A stretch of DNA of 63,674 nucleotides, the filler included, from Hausera hauseri (taxonomy: Eukaryota), in assembly GCA_046269625.1 (NCBI GenBank). It is 11 parts of 11 records of this genome, joined end to end, with 100 filler letters (N's around TTAATTAATTAA, not from the genome) between each part and the next. Parts side by side here need not be neighbours in the genome. Positions count along the whole stretch, not along the records: positions 59,376 to 63,674 come from JBJURY010649219.1; 10 more parts are not named here. The stretch is one strand, 5' to 3'. Shown here one piece after another: positions 63,582 through 63,674 of this stretch (position 1 is the first letter of the stretch; every line of letters begins with the position of its first letter). The notes under the pieces are model-generated. The model saw only the letters and a list, made by a program, of their open reading frames with translations. It searched no databases and was not told the DNA's origin. A program made the translations under genes and the position numbers.

Positions 63582-63674
63582 CCTGTTAATTTTATTATAA
63601 AAATGCATATAAAATATTTGGGCATAGAAAAAATACATTTTGTACAAAAATATTTATATTAGCATGTCAAGATC

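Noticed and set aside
59582-63662. Pro-rich plus-strand ORFs
   Set aside because: They are antisense shadows of collagen Gly codons.

Overview
This is eukaryotic sequence and not one contiguous locus. It consists of 11 unrelated contigs joined by 100-nt artificial spacers (N44-TTAATTAATTAA-N44). Most contigs are AT-rich and look like an invertebrate genome: a type IV collagen with ~40-nt introns, LTN1, ALDH7A1, Gypsy elements, Polinton/adintovirus-type PolB relics and a Tigger relic. Two contigs look teleost-like: an intact DIRS1 element beside gas8, and a Pao relic with a HIPK-like kinase and a 128-bp satellite. The main discovery candidate is a decayed, cargo-rich Ty3/Gypsy LTR element present as two diverged syntenic copies (1-9562 and 22171-28086). 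Its order is: chuvirus-G-like glycoprotein in frame upstream of protease-RT-RNaseH (visible only in copy 1), integrase, a second Cys-rich/FN3-like type I membrane protein, a conserved splice acceptor, an ~810-870 aa ORF joining an inactive-looking DEDDh exonuclease fold to a C3HC4 RING, then PPT and LTR. A third, unrelated LTR-element end (41627-43178) also carries RING fingers just upstream of its PPT. All family assignments come from motif recognition by eye; no database searches were run.
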